A stretch of 64,000 bases of DNA from an uncultured Gammaproteobacteria bacterium (lineage in GTDB: Bacteria; Patescibacteriota; Microgenomatia; Levybacterales; UBA12049), in the NCBI GenBank assembly GCA_964512695.1, contig CAZEJU010000005.1, positions 5,668 through 69,667 on the forward strand, given 5' to 3'. A model generated the notes under the pieces. It searched no databases. It was not told the DNA's origin and worked only from the letters and a program-made list of their open reading frames with translations. The first letter of the stretch is position 1. Every line of letters starts with the position of its first letter. The translations under genes and the position numbers were made by a program. Below, piece after piece: positions 1-8,347 of this stretch.

Positions 1-199
1 CGGAACAAACAGATTGAACTATAGTGCCCCCAGTGGCTTGCTGACGAAGATCTTGTTGCTGACGAAGTAATAAGATAGTAACAACCATCCCTAATACAAG
101 GATAATGCCAAAAAGCACTTTTCGTGACATGGTAAACATATTCTTTTGATTCTCTGACTGTTGCGTATTAGTTTTATTATTCCGTAATGCTTCTTCCAT
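1..199 (-). CDS. 5' part of a membrane-anchored surface protein (runs off the window edge)
   Basis: Manual translation from ATG at 199: MEEALRNNKTNTQQSENQKNMFTMSRKVLFGIILVLGMVVTILLLRQQQDLRQQATGGTIVQSVCS...; TM helix plus QQQDLRQQA motif like the adjacent gene. Confidence 0.8.
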   Translation of the reverse strand, partial: MEEALRNNKTNTQQSENQKNMFTMSRKVLFGIILVLGMVVTILLLRQQQDLRQQATGGTIVQSVCS

Positions 200-204
200 A
201 GGAT

Positions 205-1086
205 TTATTCACAGAATGGACACTCTACTTTTACATTTAATACTCTTTCTGGAACTGGACAACTTGATATGCTTGGTGTCGGAAATACTCTCGTCGGCTC
301 TGGCGTCTCAGTTGGTCTCGGCGTCGGAGTGTTCGTCGGCTCTGGCGTCATAGTGGGTGTCGCAGATGGACCTCTGGTCGGTGTTAATGTCGGACGAGGT
401 GTTAAAGTTGCTGTAGGTCGCGGGGTAAGAGTACTAGTCGGCCGTGGTGTCGGCGTGTTTGTCAGTCGAGGTGTCGGTGTATTCGAGGGTCTTGGGGTGG
501 GAGTGGGAGTTGGACCACTGCCTATCGGTAATGATGGAGTTGGAGTGCGTGTCGGTATTAAGGTCGGTGTGCTAGTCGGCCTCGGAGTAGGGGTAACAGT
601 TGGTCTGGGTGTGGGTGTATTTGTAGGAAATACCCGTGGAGGTTCTTCGGGTATTGGTGTAGCGGTAGGAAAAGGTTCTACTTTGGGAGTGGCGTAATTA
701 CAAGAGCGTGTCGAACCATCATAACAATTATTGGCAGGAAATATGAATCCAGGTTCACCCATACATTTCGGACATGGTTTATTATGCATTGTTAAACCAA
801 GACACTCCATCCCATAACCATAAAATCCCCTTGATGGATCCGGTGTTCCAAAGACCCTATCTATATCTTCTTTTGTTATATCTGTATATCCGGCAGAAGA
901 TTTTATTTGAGGCTTTGCATTGTCACATACCCAATCTGATGGAACATTAGAGGCACTCTGACGTAAATCTTGGTTTTGTTTTACCAGAAGTAATGTAATA
1001 GGAATACCGACAAGGAGTACTACGATTATTCCAAGTAATGAAGGATTTTGTCTGAGGTGAATAAGAAACGCTTTCAATTTTTCCAT
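205..1086 (-). CDS. Membrane-anchored Cys-containing surface protein with long Pro/Thr linker
   Basis: N-terminal TM followed by KQNQDLRQSA, Cys-containing domain, about 130 aa of TPTPRPT repeats, C-terminal CPVPERVLNVKVECPFCE. Confidence 0.8.
   Translation of the reverse strand: MEKLKAFLIHLRQNPSLLGIIVVLLVGIPITLLLVKQNQDLRQSASNVPSDWVCDNAKPQIKSSAGYTDITKEDIDRVFGTPDPSRGFYGYGMECLGLTMHNKPCPKCMGEPGFIFPANNCYDGSTRSCNYATPKVEPFPTATPIPEEPPRVFPTNTPTPRPTVTPTPRPTSTPTLIPTRTPTPSLPIGSGPTPTPTPRPSNTPTPRLTNTPTPRPTSTLTPRPTATLTPRPTLTPTRGPSATPTMTPEPTNTPTPRPTETPEPTRVFPTPSISSCPVPERVLNVKVECPFCE
269..670 (-). repeat. Degenerate coding tandem repeats (mostly 8-codon T-x-T-P-T-P-R-P units)
   Basis: TNTPTPRP, TVTPTPRP, SNTPTPRL, TSTLTPRP, TATLTPRP in the translation. 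Confidence 0.8.
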
Positions 1087-1148
1087 AGAAAAAACTAGCT
1101 ATTTCTACTATAGATGTATTTTTCACAAAAATGCAAGAGCAGTTTGCA

Positions 1149-1454
1149 CTATAGTTTCGAGGGAGATTCGTTTCTAAGTTTTAGCTGGGAAAAAAATAAT
1201 GCAGGAATAATTGCTAATAAGGCAAAACAGGCAGAAACATAAAAAGCCACCATTACGCTAAAAGTATCTGAAATTACCCCTAATAGAATTGGTGAAACGG
1301 TTGTAGCGATATTGGTAAAAAAAGAATGTACGCCAAATGCTTTCTCATGGTTATCTTCATTCTCAAGAGACTGTGATACTAGAGTTTGAGCTACAGGGAT
1401 AGTACCCTTAGTGAGTACTCCTAATACAGTTGAAACTACTATAATTACAGGCAT
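1149..1454 (-). pseudogene. C-terminal fragment of an MFS transporter
   Basis: Only the last 3-4 helices (AFGVHSFFTNIATTVSPILLGVISDTFS); in-frame TAA 6 codons upstream and prfB ends 40 bp upstream, leaving no room for the N-terminal part. Confidence 0.6.
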
Positions 1455-1494
1455 TGCTGAAACAAAATATTAAGAAGTAAAAGATTAGCCTTCA

Positions 1495-2502
1495 TTATGA
1501 TAATTGTCGAAGTTCTTCTTCGATAAACATATCAAGCTCCCCATCTAAAATAGAATCCGGATTTGAAGATTCGACATCAGTTCGTAAGTCCTTGACCATT
1601 TTATAAGGATGGAGAACATATGATCGAATTTGGTTACCCCAACCAGGAGTTTTATAACCCCCTTTTAGTGCAGCTTCCTGTTTTTTCCTTTCTTCCTCTT
1701 TTAAAGCCCATAATTTCGCTCTCAACATTTTCATCGCATACTCTCGATTTTGAATCTGGTAACGTTGGGTTTGGGCCGTAACGACGATACCTGTAGGCTT
1801 ATGTTTTAATCTAACTGCTGTGGAAACTTTATTAACATTTTGTCCACCATGGCCACCTGAGCGAAACGCTTCAAACTCGATATCATCATCTTTTAGTTCT
1901 ATATCTGCGTTTCCTTCTATTTGGGGCATAACTTCAACTAATGCAAATGATGTTTGACGAAGCTTATCTGCATTAAAAGGTGACTGACGAACAAGTCTGT
2001 GAACACCAGCTTCATGTTTTAAATATCCATATGCGTATATCCCATTTACTGAAAGTGTAATACTTTTTATACCAGCCTCATCTCCAGGAGTTTCATCCAA
2101 AACATCAAATCCCCAACCTTTCTTCTCAAAATACCGCGTATACATTCTATACAACATTTCAGTCCAATCCATTGCTTCTGTTCCACCCTGTCCCGCGTGA
2201 ATTGCTAAAAGAGCATTTGCCTTATCATGGCTACCTGAAAAAAATAATAAAAGTTCTAATTTTCTAACAAGCTGTTCTGCTTCAGACAGCTCTCCTTCGT
2301 CTAACCATAACTGTAACAATTCTACCTCTTCAACTTCTTTTTGCAGCTGGGACATATCTTTCATATATTCTGCTGCACGTCTATGATCAGACCAGAAGTC
2401 AGGTTTCATACTCTCAGCTTCGATCTCACGAATCTTTTTCTTTTTTTCGTCAACTTGAACTTTTTCAAATACTTTTTGTGCTCTTATTCTTAACTCTTCC
2501 AT
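1495..2502 (-). CDS. prfB: Peptide chain release factor 2
   Basis: GGQ motif ([11 protein letters not shown]), RF2-specific SPF tripeptide, GVHRLVR. Confidence 0.97.
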   Translation of the reverse strand: MEELRIRAQKVFEKVQVDEKKKKIREIEAESMKPDFWSDHRRAAEYMKDMSQLQKEVEEVELLQLWLDEGELSEAEQLVRKLELLLFFSGSHDKANALLAIHAGQGGTEAMDWTEMLYRMYTRYFEKKGWGFDVLDETPGDEAGIKSITLSVNGIYAYGYLKHEAGVHRLVRQSPFNADKLRQTSFALVEVMPQIEGNADIELKDDDIEFEAFRSGGHGGQNVNKVSTAVRLKHKPTGIVVTAQTQRYQIQNREYAMKMLRAKLWALKEEERKKQEAALKGGYKTPGWGNQIRSYVLHPYKMVKDLRTDVESSNPDSILDGELDMFIEEELRQLS

Positions 2503-2503
2503 A

Positions 2504-2836
2504 CTATCTTTCTAATAGTGAATTTATCTCACTAATTACATACTCTTTTATACCATTTACATCTTTTGCGATTTTAGCTGTCCTACTAAATCCATAAACG
2601 ACATCACCAATTTTAATATCTGATATTTTTTCTTTTGCTTGTAATGCATAATGGTGGATATCTTTTTTTATTTCTTTTTCGAAATTTGTTTGCGCACCTG
2701 CTACCGCTTTTTTTGATGTAAAAAACTGTGAGGCAATAACAGACCTAATAACATCCGCATATTGTACCACGAAGTATATGAGTGCAAAAAAAATAACAAG
2801 CAAGAATACCCGACATATAAAAAAAAACTTTTCCAT
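2504..2836 (-). CDS. Small single-TM hypothetical protein
   Basis: ORF 2504..2911; likely ATG at 2836 ([14 protein letters not shown]), hydrophobic N-terminus; abuts the prfB start. Confidence 0.55.
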   Translation of the reverse strand: MEKFFFICRVFLLVIFFALIYFVVQYADVIRSVIASQFFTSKKAVAGAQTNFEKEIKKDIHHYALQAKEKISDIKIGDVVYGFSRTAKIAKDVNGIKEYVISEINSLLER

Positions 2837-2938
2837 GTAGTATAAAGATAACAAATTAAAAAGAGTGAGTAAACGCAGAACTAATTTCTGCCTTAAACGG
2901 CTAGGGTACAAAACCCAAAAATAAAAAAGCGTATATTA

Positions 2939-3937
2939 TTACACCGTATTTATTGGAGAGTTTTGAAGAAAGTTAGTGATATTTTCTGCCGTGACTTTAA
3001 GAATAGTCTGCAGTGCTTCTTCACTGTTAAAAGCATTGTGAGGTGTAACGAGTACATTCTCTTTCTGGAGTAAAACGTGATTAAATAATTGTGTTCGAAG
3101 ATCACACTCTTGTATAAAAGATCCAGATAGTAATTGTCGTTCCTCTTTTATACCACACTCTTCTTCGAGAACATCTAGCCCTACAGCTTTTAATAGTCCT
3201 TTCTCTAAACTTATTAAAATAGCTTCTGTCTCTATTAGACCTCCACGCGCTGTGTTAATTAGTACACTTCCTTTTTTAAATTTATTAATATTCTTTTTAT
3301 TAATTAAATGATGGGTTTCTTTTGAATAGGGGACATGCAAACTCACAACATCGGAGATAGAAAGTAATTCGGGAAGATTGAGGAACGTTATACCGAGCCT
3401 TTTCGCCAGTTCTTCATCAGGATGACGAGTATAGGAAACTACTCGCATACCAAATCCTTTAGCAATTTTTATAACTTCTTTTCCTATGTGGCCTATCCCT
3501 ATAACGCCCATTGTCTTTCCATGTAAATCAAATCCCCGTAATCCCTCCAACTCAAAATTTCCTCTTCTAGTCCTTTCTATAGAGAATATAAGTTTACGGG
3601 ACAAAGCCAGAAGTAACGCGAACGTATGTTCTGCTACCGTGTTTGCTCCATATGTCGGAATATTGCAAACTGTTATTCCTTTTCTCTTACAATATTCAAT
3701 ATCGATATGATCATAACCAGTCGATCTCGTAACTATTAATTTTAGCTGAGGCATTTTTTCGATAATTGCTGCAGGAAGAGGTGAGTAAATAAACACTGAG
3801 AGAACATCAACATCATGTAGATTCTGAATGTCTTTTTCTTCAATGTGTGCTTTCATAAACACAACAGTATGTTCTGAAAAAGTTTTTTGTAAAAAAGGAA
3901 TTTCCCACTCCTCTATTTCGAAGAAAGCGATCTTCAT
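2939..3937 (-). CDS. D-isomer-specific 2-hydroxyacid dehydrogenase (D-lactate dehydrogenase-like)
   Basis: RSTGYDHID, VAEH, GVIGIGHIG Rossmann motif, INTARG, LDVLEEE, TPHNAF. Confidence 0.92.
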   Translation of the reverse strand: MKIAFFEIEEWEIPFLQKTFSEHTVVFMKAHIEEKDIQNLHDVDVLSVFIYSPLPAAIIEKMPQLKLIVTRSTGYDHIDIEYCKRKGITVCNIPTYGANTVAEHTFALLLALSRKLIFSIERTRRGNFELEGLRGFDLHGKTMGVIGIGHIGKEVIKIAKGFGMRVVSYTRHPDEELAKRLGITFLNLPELLSISDVVSLHVPYSKETHHLINKKNINKFKKGSVLINTARGGLIETEAILISLEKGLLKAVGLDVLEEECGIKEERQLLSGSFIQECDLRTQLFNHVLLQKENVLVTPHNAFNSEEALQTILKVTAENITNFLQNSPINTV

Positions 3938-4047
3938 AACATATTATGTATGATATTACACCTATATTTGTCAATGATTGGAATAACTATTCTAGCAGAT
4001 ACATTTGTTTCTTTTAATAATTTTATATACAATATGCTTCGTATTCT

Positions 4048-4971
4048 ATGAAGAAACGAGCAAAAGTAGCGATGTTTGGTTGTGGAAGAGTAGGTATAAG
4101 CGCAGCGTATACCATGTATCTTAAAAATATTGCAGGAGAGATTATGCTTTACAGCAGAAACCCTGAAAAGTTAATTGGAGAGCAACTAGATTTTCAGCAC
4201 AGTTTGTCTTTTGTAGGCAATACCGCAGTCACAGTCGCAGAAGATATTGCTGACCTAAAAAATAGTGACATTATCGTATACTCAGCAGGAGTTGCACAGG
4301 AATCAGGAGAAACTCGACTGAATTTAACTACGAAAAACACAGAATTAGTAGAAGCCACTATTCCTGAAATTGTAAAACATGCACCAAACGCGATCATCAT
4401 CATGGTGACTAATCCAGTCGATATTTTAACGTATAAAGCATTTCAAATTGCAGGCATACCTTCTGGGAGACTTTTCGGCAGCGGAACAACACTCGATACT
4501 GCACGTTTTCGATTTCACTTATCGGGAATGCTTCATGTAAACTCGAGAAGTATCCACGCATATATTTTAGGAGAACATGGCGACAGTTCTTTTCCGGCAA
4601 TCTCTAGTGCAAATGTCGGGGGTCAGCCTATTATAACCTTTCCTCATTTCTCAAAAGAAAAAATTTTAGAAGCATATGAGGAAGCAAGAAATGCCGCATA
4701 TAAAATAATTGAAGCAAAAGGCGCCACTTATTATGCTATCGGTGTAGTGATATCTGAGTTAGTATATACCATTCTGCATGATGCTAAAAGAGTCTATCCT
4801 CTATCGATTCCGTTAGAAGGCAAATATGGTTATCACGATGTGGCACTAAGTGTGCCGTGTATTCTTGGAAAAAATGGTGTCGAAAGAATTCTTGAAGTAC
4901 CTTTGTCAGAGGAAGAAAAGAAACAATTTGATCATTCAGTAAAAACGCTGAAACAATACCTCGCAGAATAG
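4048..4971 (+). CDS. ldh: L-lactate dehydrogenase
   Basis: GCGRVG, substrate loop AGVAQESGETRL (Gln = LDH type), NPVD, GSGTTLDTARFR, GEHGDS, KGATYYAIG. Confidence 0.93.
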   Translation: MKKRAKVAMFGCGRVGISAAYTMYLKNIAGEIMLYSRNPEKLIGEQLDFQHSLSFVGNTAVTVAEDIADLKNSDIIVYSAGVAQESGETRLNLTTKNTELVEATIPEIVKHAPNAIIIMVTNPVDILTYKAFQIAGIPSGRLFGSGTTLDTARFRFHLSGMLHVNSRSIHAYILGEHGDSSFPAISSANVGGQPIITFPHFSKEKILEAYEEARNAAYKIIEAKGATYYAIGVVISELVYTILHDAKRVYPLSIPLEGKYGYHDVALSVPCILGKNGVERILEVPLSEEEKKQFDHSVKTLKQYLAE

Positions 4972-5592
4972 TTACTTAAGCTCTAAACTTTTCCACAAAT
5001 AACGAGAGGCGATAGATCGATAGGGTTTCCACTTTCCTGCAATAGTATCTATATCAGATTTCGTCGGTTCTGAAGAAAAATTGTACAACTTTTGAATAGC
5101 ACGTTTTAATCCTAAATCTCCATAGGAAAAAATATCAGGTCTACCCATTGTAAAAAGCAGAAACATTTCAGCTGTCCACCTTCCTACTCCCTTTATTTTA
5201 GTTAATTCAGTAATAATCTCTTCATCATTCATCAATGGAAATTTCTCAAAAACTTTGCCGCTTATTAAAGCATACTCAGCAATATTTTTAACATATGAGA
5301 CCTTTGACCATGACAAACCCGCGTCTCTCATTTTTTGAGAATCCATCCTAATGATTGTTTCAGCTGTTAACTCTTCATCCGACGTAAGTGCCTTTAATCG
5401 ACCAAAAATAGTATCAGCAGCCTTTACAGAGAGCTGTTGAGAAACGATTGATTCAACAAGTTCTACAAGATAGTTTTTAGAAAAATGCCATTCTGGTTCT
5501 GGGATTATATTAATGATTTTCCCAAGGACCGGATCAACATTTTTAATATGGTGAATAGCATGTTTTTGCATATCACGACTGATCACATTCAT
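4972..5592 (-). CDS. DNA-3-methyladenine glycosylase II (AlkA/HhH-GPD family, short form)
   Basis: SIVSQQLS, HhH motif LTKIKGVGRWTAEM, DLGL, WKPYRSIASRYLW; start 5592 inferred from TGgTATAAT 6 nt upstream. Confidence 0.9.
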   Translation of the reverse strand: MNVISRDMQKHAIHHIKNVDPVLGKIINIIPEPEWHFSKNYLVELVESIVSQQLSVKAADTIFGRLKALTSDEELTAETIIRMDSQKMRDAGLSWSKVSYVKNIAEYALISGKVFEKFPLMNDEEIITELTKIKGVGRWTAEMFLLFTMGRPDIFSYGDLGLKRAIQKLYNFSSEPTKSDIDTIAGKWKPYRSIASRYLWKSLELK

Positions 5593-5654
5593 TCTTGCAT
5601 TATACCAGCTCATGCATATGGAATCTCAAAGAATGGTACAATAATTTAGCTGCC

Positions 5655-6851
5655 ATGAAAAACCGTGTACCGATAACTAAAACATTAGTTTATAGAATAC
5701 TTTTTCTTTTTTCCTTTGCAATCATCATTAGTGTGATTTTTGTTCAATATCGATCTCTAGAACAAAAGAAGTTCCAAATTTTTTCTTTATCACAAAACGA
5801 GTTAGCTTTAGAGAGACAGATTGCATCAATCAGCGCAGATTTAAAAACAGTTACATCAGAAGATCAATATGTAAAAAACAAAAAACAGGAAGAAGAAATA
5901 AAATTAATTAGTTTAACATATAAAAAGACAGTAAAGGTATATGAAGATTTATTAAAACTGAAAGAAGCAGGAGGAGAAACAGAGAAACTCGATGGGTTAA
6001 TTTCACAGTCTCTTACATATCTCTCTGATAAAAATTATGCATCCGCGGAAGCTGTCTTAACGACACTCGCAAATGATATAAAAAAAGAACAAGATGCTTT
6101 AGCACAAAAAGCTGCATCTTTCACAATTCCTGCAAATATAGTAACTAATAATACCCCTCCAGGAAGTGGATACAGTAGACAAAAAGTCCAAACAGAAATA
6201 GGAGATTTTCTTGTGGATATAATCTCTGCAGATCTAAACTCGACAAAAGTTATTATTGATACTGCTTCTGACGGTACGTGCGCGAATGACTGTCCTGTTC
6301 TATCACTTGCTGACTATGTTAGTCGTTCTGGAGCGTATGCTGGTATTAATGGATCTTATTTCTGTCCAGCAAGTTATCCTAGTTGTGCAGGCAAAACAAA
6401 TTCCTTTGATACCTTACTCATGAATAAAAATAAAATTTATTTTAATTCAGATAATAACGTATACAGCACTGTTCCTGTTGCTGTTTTCGGTAATGGCTGG
6501 GCTCGGTTTATCGGACGATCTTCTGACTGGGGACGAGATACGAGTGTAGATGGGGTTATAGCGAATCAACCACTTCTTTTATCTGGTGGGAATATCGTTT
6601 TCGGCGGTGATGGTGATCCGAAAAAAGGAAGTAAAGGTGCTAGATCATTCGTGGGAAATAAAGGAAGTACTGTTTATATAGGTGTTACGCATAATGCAAC
6701 AGTTGCTGAAAACGCGTATGTTTTAAAAGCTCTAGGGTTAGAAAACGCATTAAATCTTGATAGCGGTGGCTCTACTGCATTGTGGTCAGGTGGATATAAA
6801 GTAGGTCCTGGACGAACTATCCCAAATGCTGTTCTCTTTGTACGAAAATAG
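5655..6851 (+). CDS. Phosphodiester glycosidase (NAGPA) family protein with TM anchor and coiled-coil stalk
   Basis: AGINGSYF, ARSFVG, ALNLDSGGSTAL, RTIPNAV; N-terminal TM. Confidence 0.85.
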   Translation: MKNRVPITKTLVYRILFLFSFAIIISVIFVQYRSLEQKKFQIFSLSQNELALERQIASISADLKTVTSEDQYVKNKKQEEEIKLISLTYKKTVKVYEDLLKLKEAGGETEKLDGLISQSLTYLSDKNYASAEAVLTTLANDIKKEQDALAQKAASFTIPANIVTNNTPPGSGYSRQKVQTEIGDFLVDIISADLNSTKVIIDTASDGTCANDCPVLSLADYVSRSGAYAGINGSYFCPASYPSCAGKTNSFDTLLMNKNKIYFNSDNNVYSTVPVAVFGNGWARFIGRSSDWGRDTSVDGVIANQPLLLSGGNIVFGGDGDPKKGSKGARSFVGNKGSTVYIGVTHNATVAENAYVLKALGLENALNLDSGGSTALWSGGYKVGPGRTIPNAVLFVRK

Positions 6852-6952
6852 TTATTCCCCAACTGTAACAACCGACACTTAACTATTCTAAAATTGGGTC
6901 AGACAAACACCCTTATAATGAGGGATTGGTTCTGTGTTTGTAAAACATACTT

Positions 6953-8347
6953 ATGTATAATACGAAAAAGATGACGAAGAAAATCGTAGGTACATTTATT
7001 CCACTTTCAGCACTTCCCAAAAATGGCACTATAGAAGACGGTATACAATTTCTTGATTGGCTTGAGAAGATGAAACAAAATGCATGGCAAGTATTACCAC
7101 TACATGAAACTCACTTAGAAAAAGGTTCAAAAACTAAACATGTTCCTTCTCCCTATAAAAGTTATGGAATTGGATTAGATCCTAAATATGGATATAAAAC
7201 TAAATCCCAAATACTTGAGATAAATGATGAATTTATACATTTTGAGAAGGATAATGCATTCTGGTTGTCAGACTATGCATTATTTTGTTCTTTAAGAGAT
7301 TATTTCGGTACTGATTTATGGACACAGTGGGATAAAAGTGCAAAATTCCGAGAACCCAACGCACTGTATAAATGGGAGAAGAAACTTATAACGCAGATAC
7401 AATCTTATAAAGTAACTCAATGGCAGCTACATAAAGAATTTAGTGTTTTACGAACACAAGCGGAAAAGAAAAATATTGCTCTGATCGGTGATTTACCGTT
7501 CTACTTACCATTACAAAGCCCACTTGTATGGGCAAACCAAAATTTATTTGATATTAATCCAGATGGTTCTCTATCAGTAATCTCAGGCGTTGTAAGACGA
7601 GCAGATAGTCCCTATGGACGTCAAATTTGGGGACATCCACTTTATAACTGGCAGGATCTGATCATAACACAGGCTATAACAAAGTTATTTATAAAAAGAA
7701 TAAAATATCTCGCAGGATTATTTGATGTTATTCGTCTAGATGCTATTAATTATCTTTTCAGATATTGTCGTATAAATATTGCAAATGAACACAAAGATAC
7801 CGTACTAAATGGTCCTGGAGAAACTATATTAAAAATAATATTACAAACAGCTAAAGAAAGTAATCTCTCTGTTTTTGCAGAGGATGCCGGAGCAGAACTT
7901 ACGAAGTTACAAAAAGCTCTAAAGGATACAGATATCCCCGGAATAAAAATTTTTCGCTATGCATACAACAATGTACTAGACGCATTTATTGACACATATA
8001 CCAATATTACTGAATATCCGGAAAATAGTTTCGCATATACCACAACACACGATACTGAACCTTTAGTTGTTTGGTTAGCTACCATACCGCACGAGAGGAA
8101 AGTTGAACTTGCAAAGAGAATAGGTGTTCCTTATGAGAAAGAAGACTCTAGACTAGCCAAGCATATACGTAAAGCAATCATACAATCTCCTTCAAAAATA
8201 ACAATCATTCCAATGCAGGATTGGTTGTTAACAAAAGAACGAATTAACATACCTGGAACAGAAAAAGAAGTTAACGATCCAAATTGGCGTTATAAATTAG
8301 CGACACCTATTAGTGAGTTACCAATAATTAATGTTTCTGAAGAGTAG
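6953..8347 (+). CDS. malQ: 4-alpha-glucanotransferase (amylomaltase, GH77)
   Basis: WQVLPL, SPY, LIGDLPFY, GHPLYNW, RLDA, AEDAG, YTTTHDT, RINIPG...NWRY. Confidence 0.92.
   Translation: MYNTKKMTKKIVGTFIPLSALPKNGTIEDGIQFLDWLEKMKQNAWQVLPLHETHLEKGSKTKHVPSPYKSYGIGLDPKYGYKTKSQILEINDEFIHFEKDNAFWLSDYALFCSLRDYFGTDLWTQWDKSAKFREPNALYKWEKKLITQIQSYKVTQWQLHKEFSVLRTQAEKKNIALIGDLPFYLPLQSPLVWANQNLFDINPDGSLSVISGVVRRADSPYGRQIWGHPLYNWQDLIITQAITKLFIKRIKYLAGLFDVIRLDAINYLFRYCRINIANEHKDTVLNGPGETILKIILQTAKESNLSVFAEDAGAELTKLQKALKDTDIPGIKIFRYAYNNVLDAFIDTYTNITEYPENSFAYTTTHDTEPLVVWLATIPHERKVELAKRIGVPYEKEDSRLAKHIRKAIIQSPSKITIIPMQDWLLTKERINIPGTEKEVNDPNWRYKLATPISELPIINVSEE

Noticed and set aside
269-697. 142-aa Gly/Val-rich ORF on the plus strand
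   Set aside because: Antisense shadow of the Pro/Thr repeats in 205..1086.
6903-6941. Inverted repeat ACAAACAC...GTGTTTGT upstream of malQ as a riboswitch or ncRNA
   Set aside because: Short, no recognisable aptamer; could be a simple terminator-like stem.
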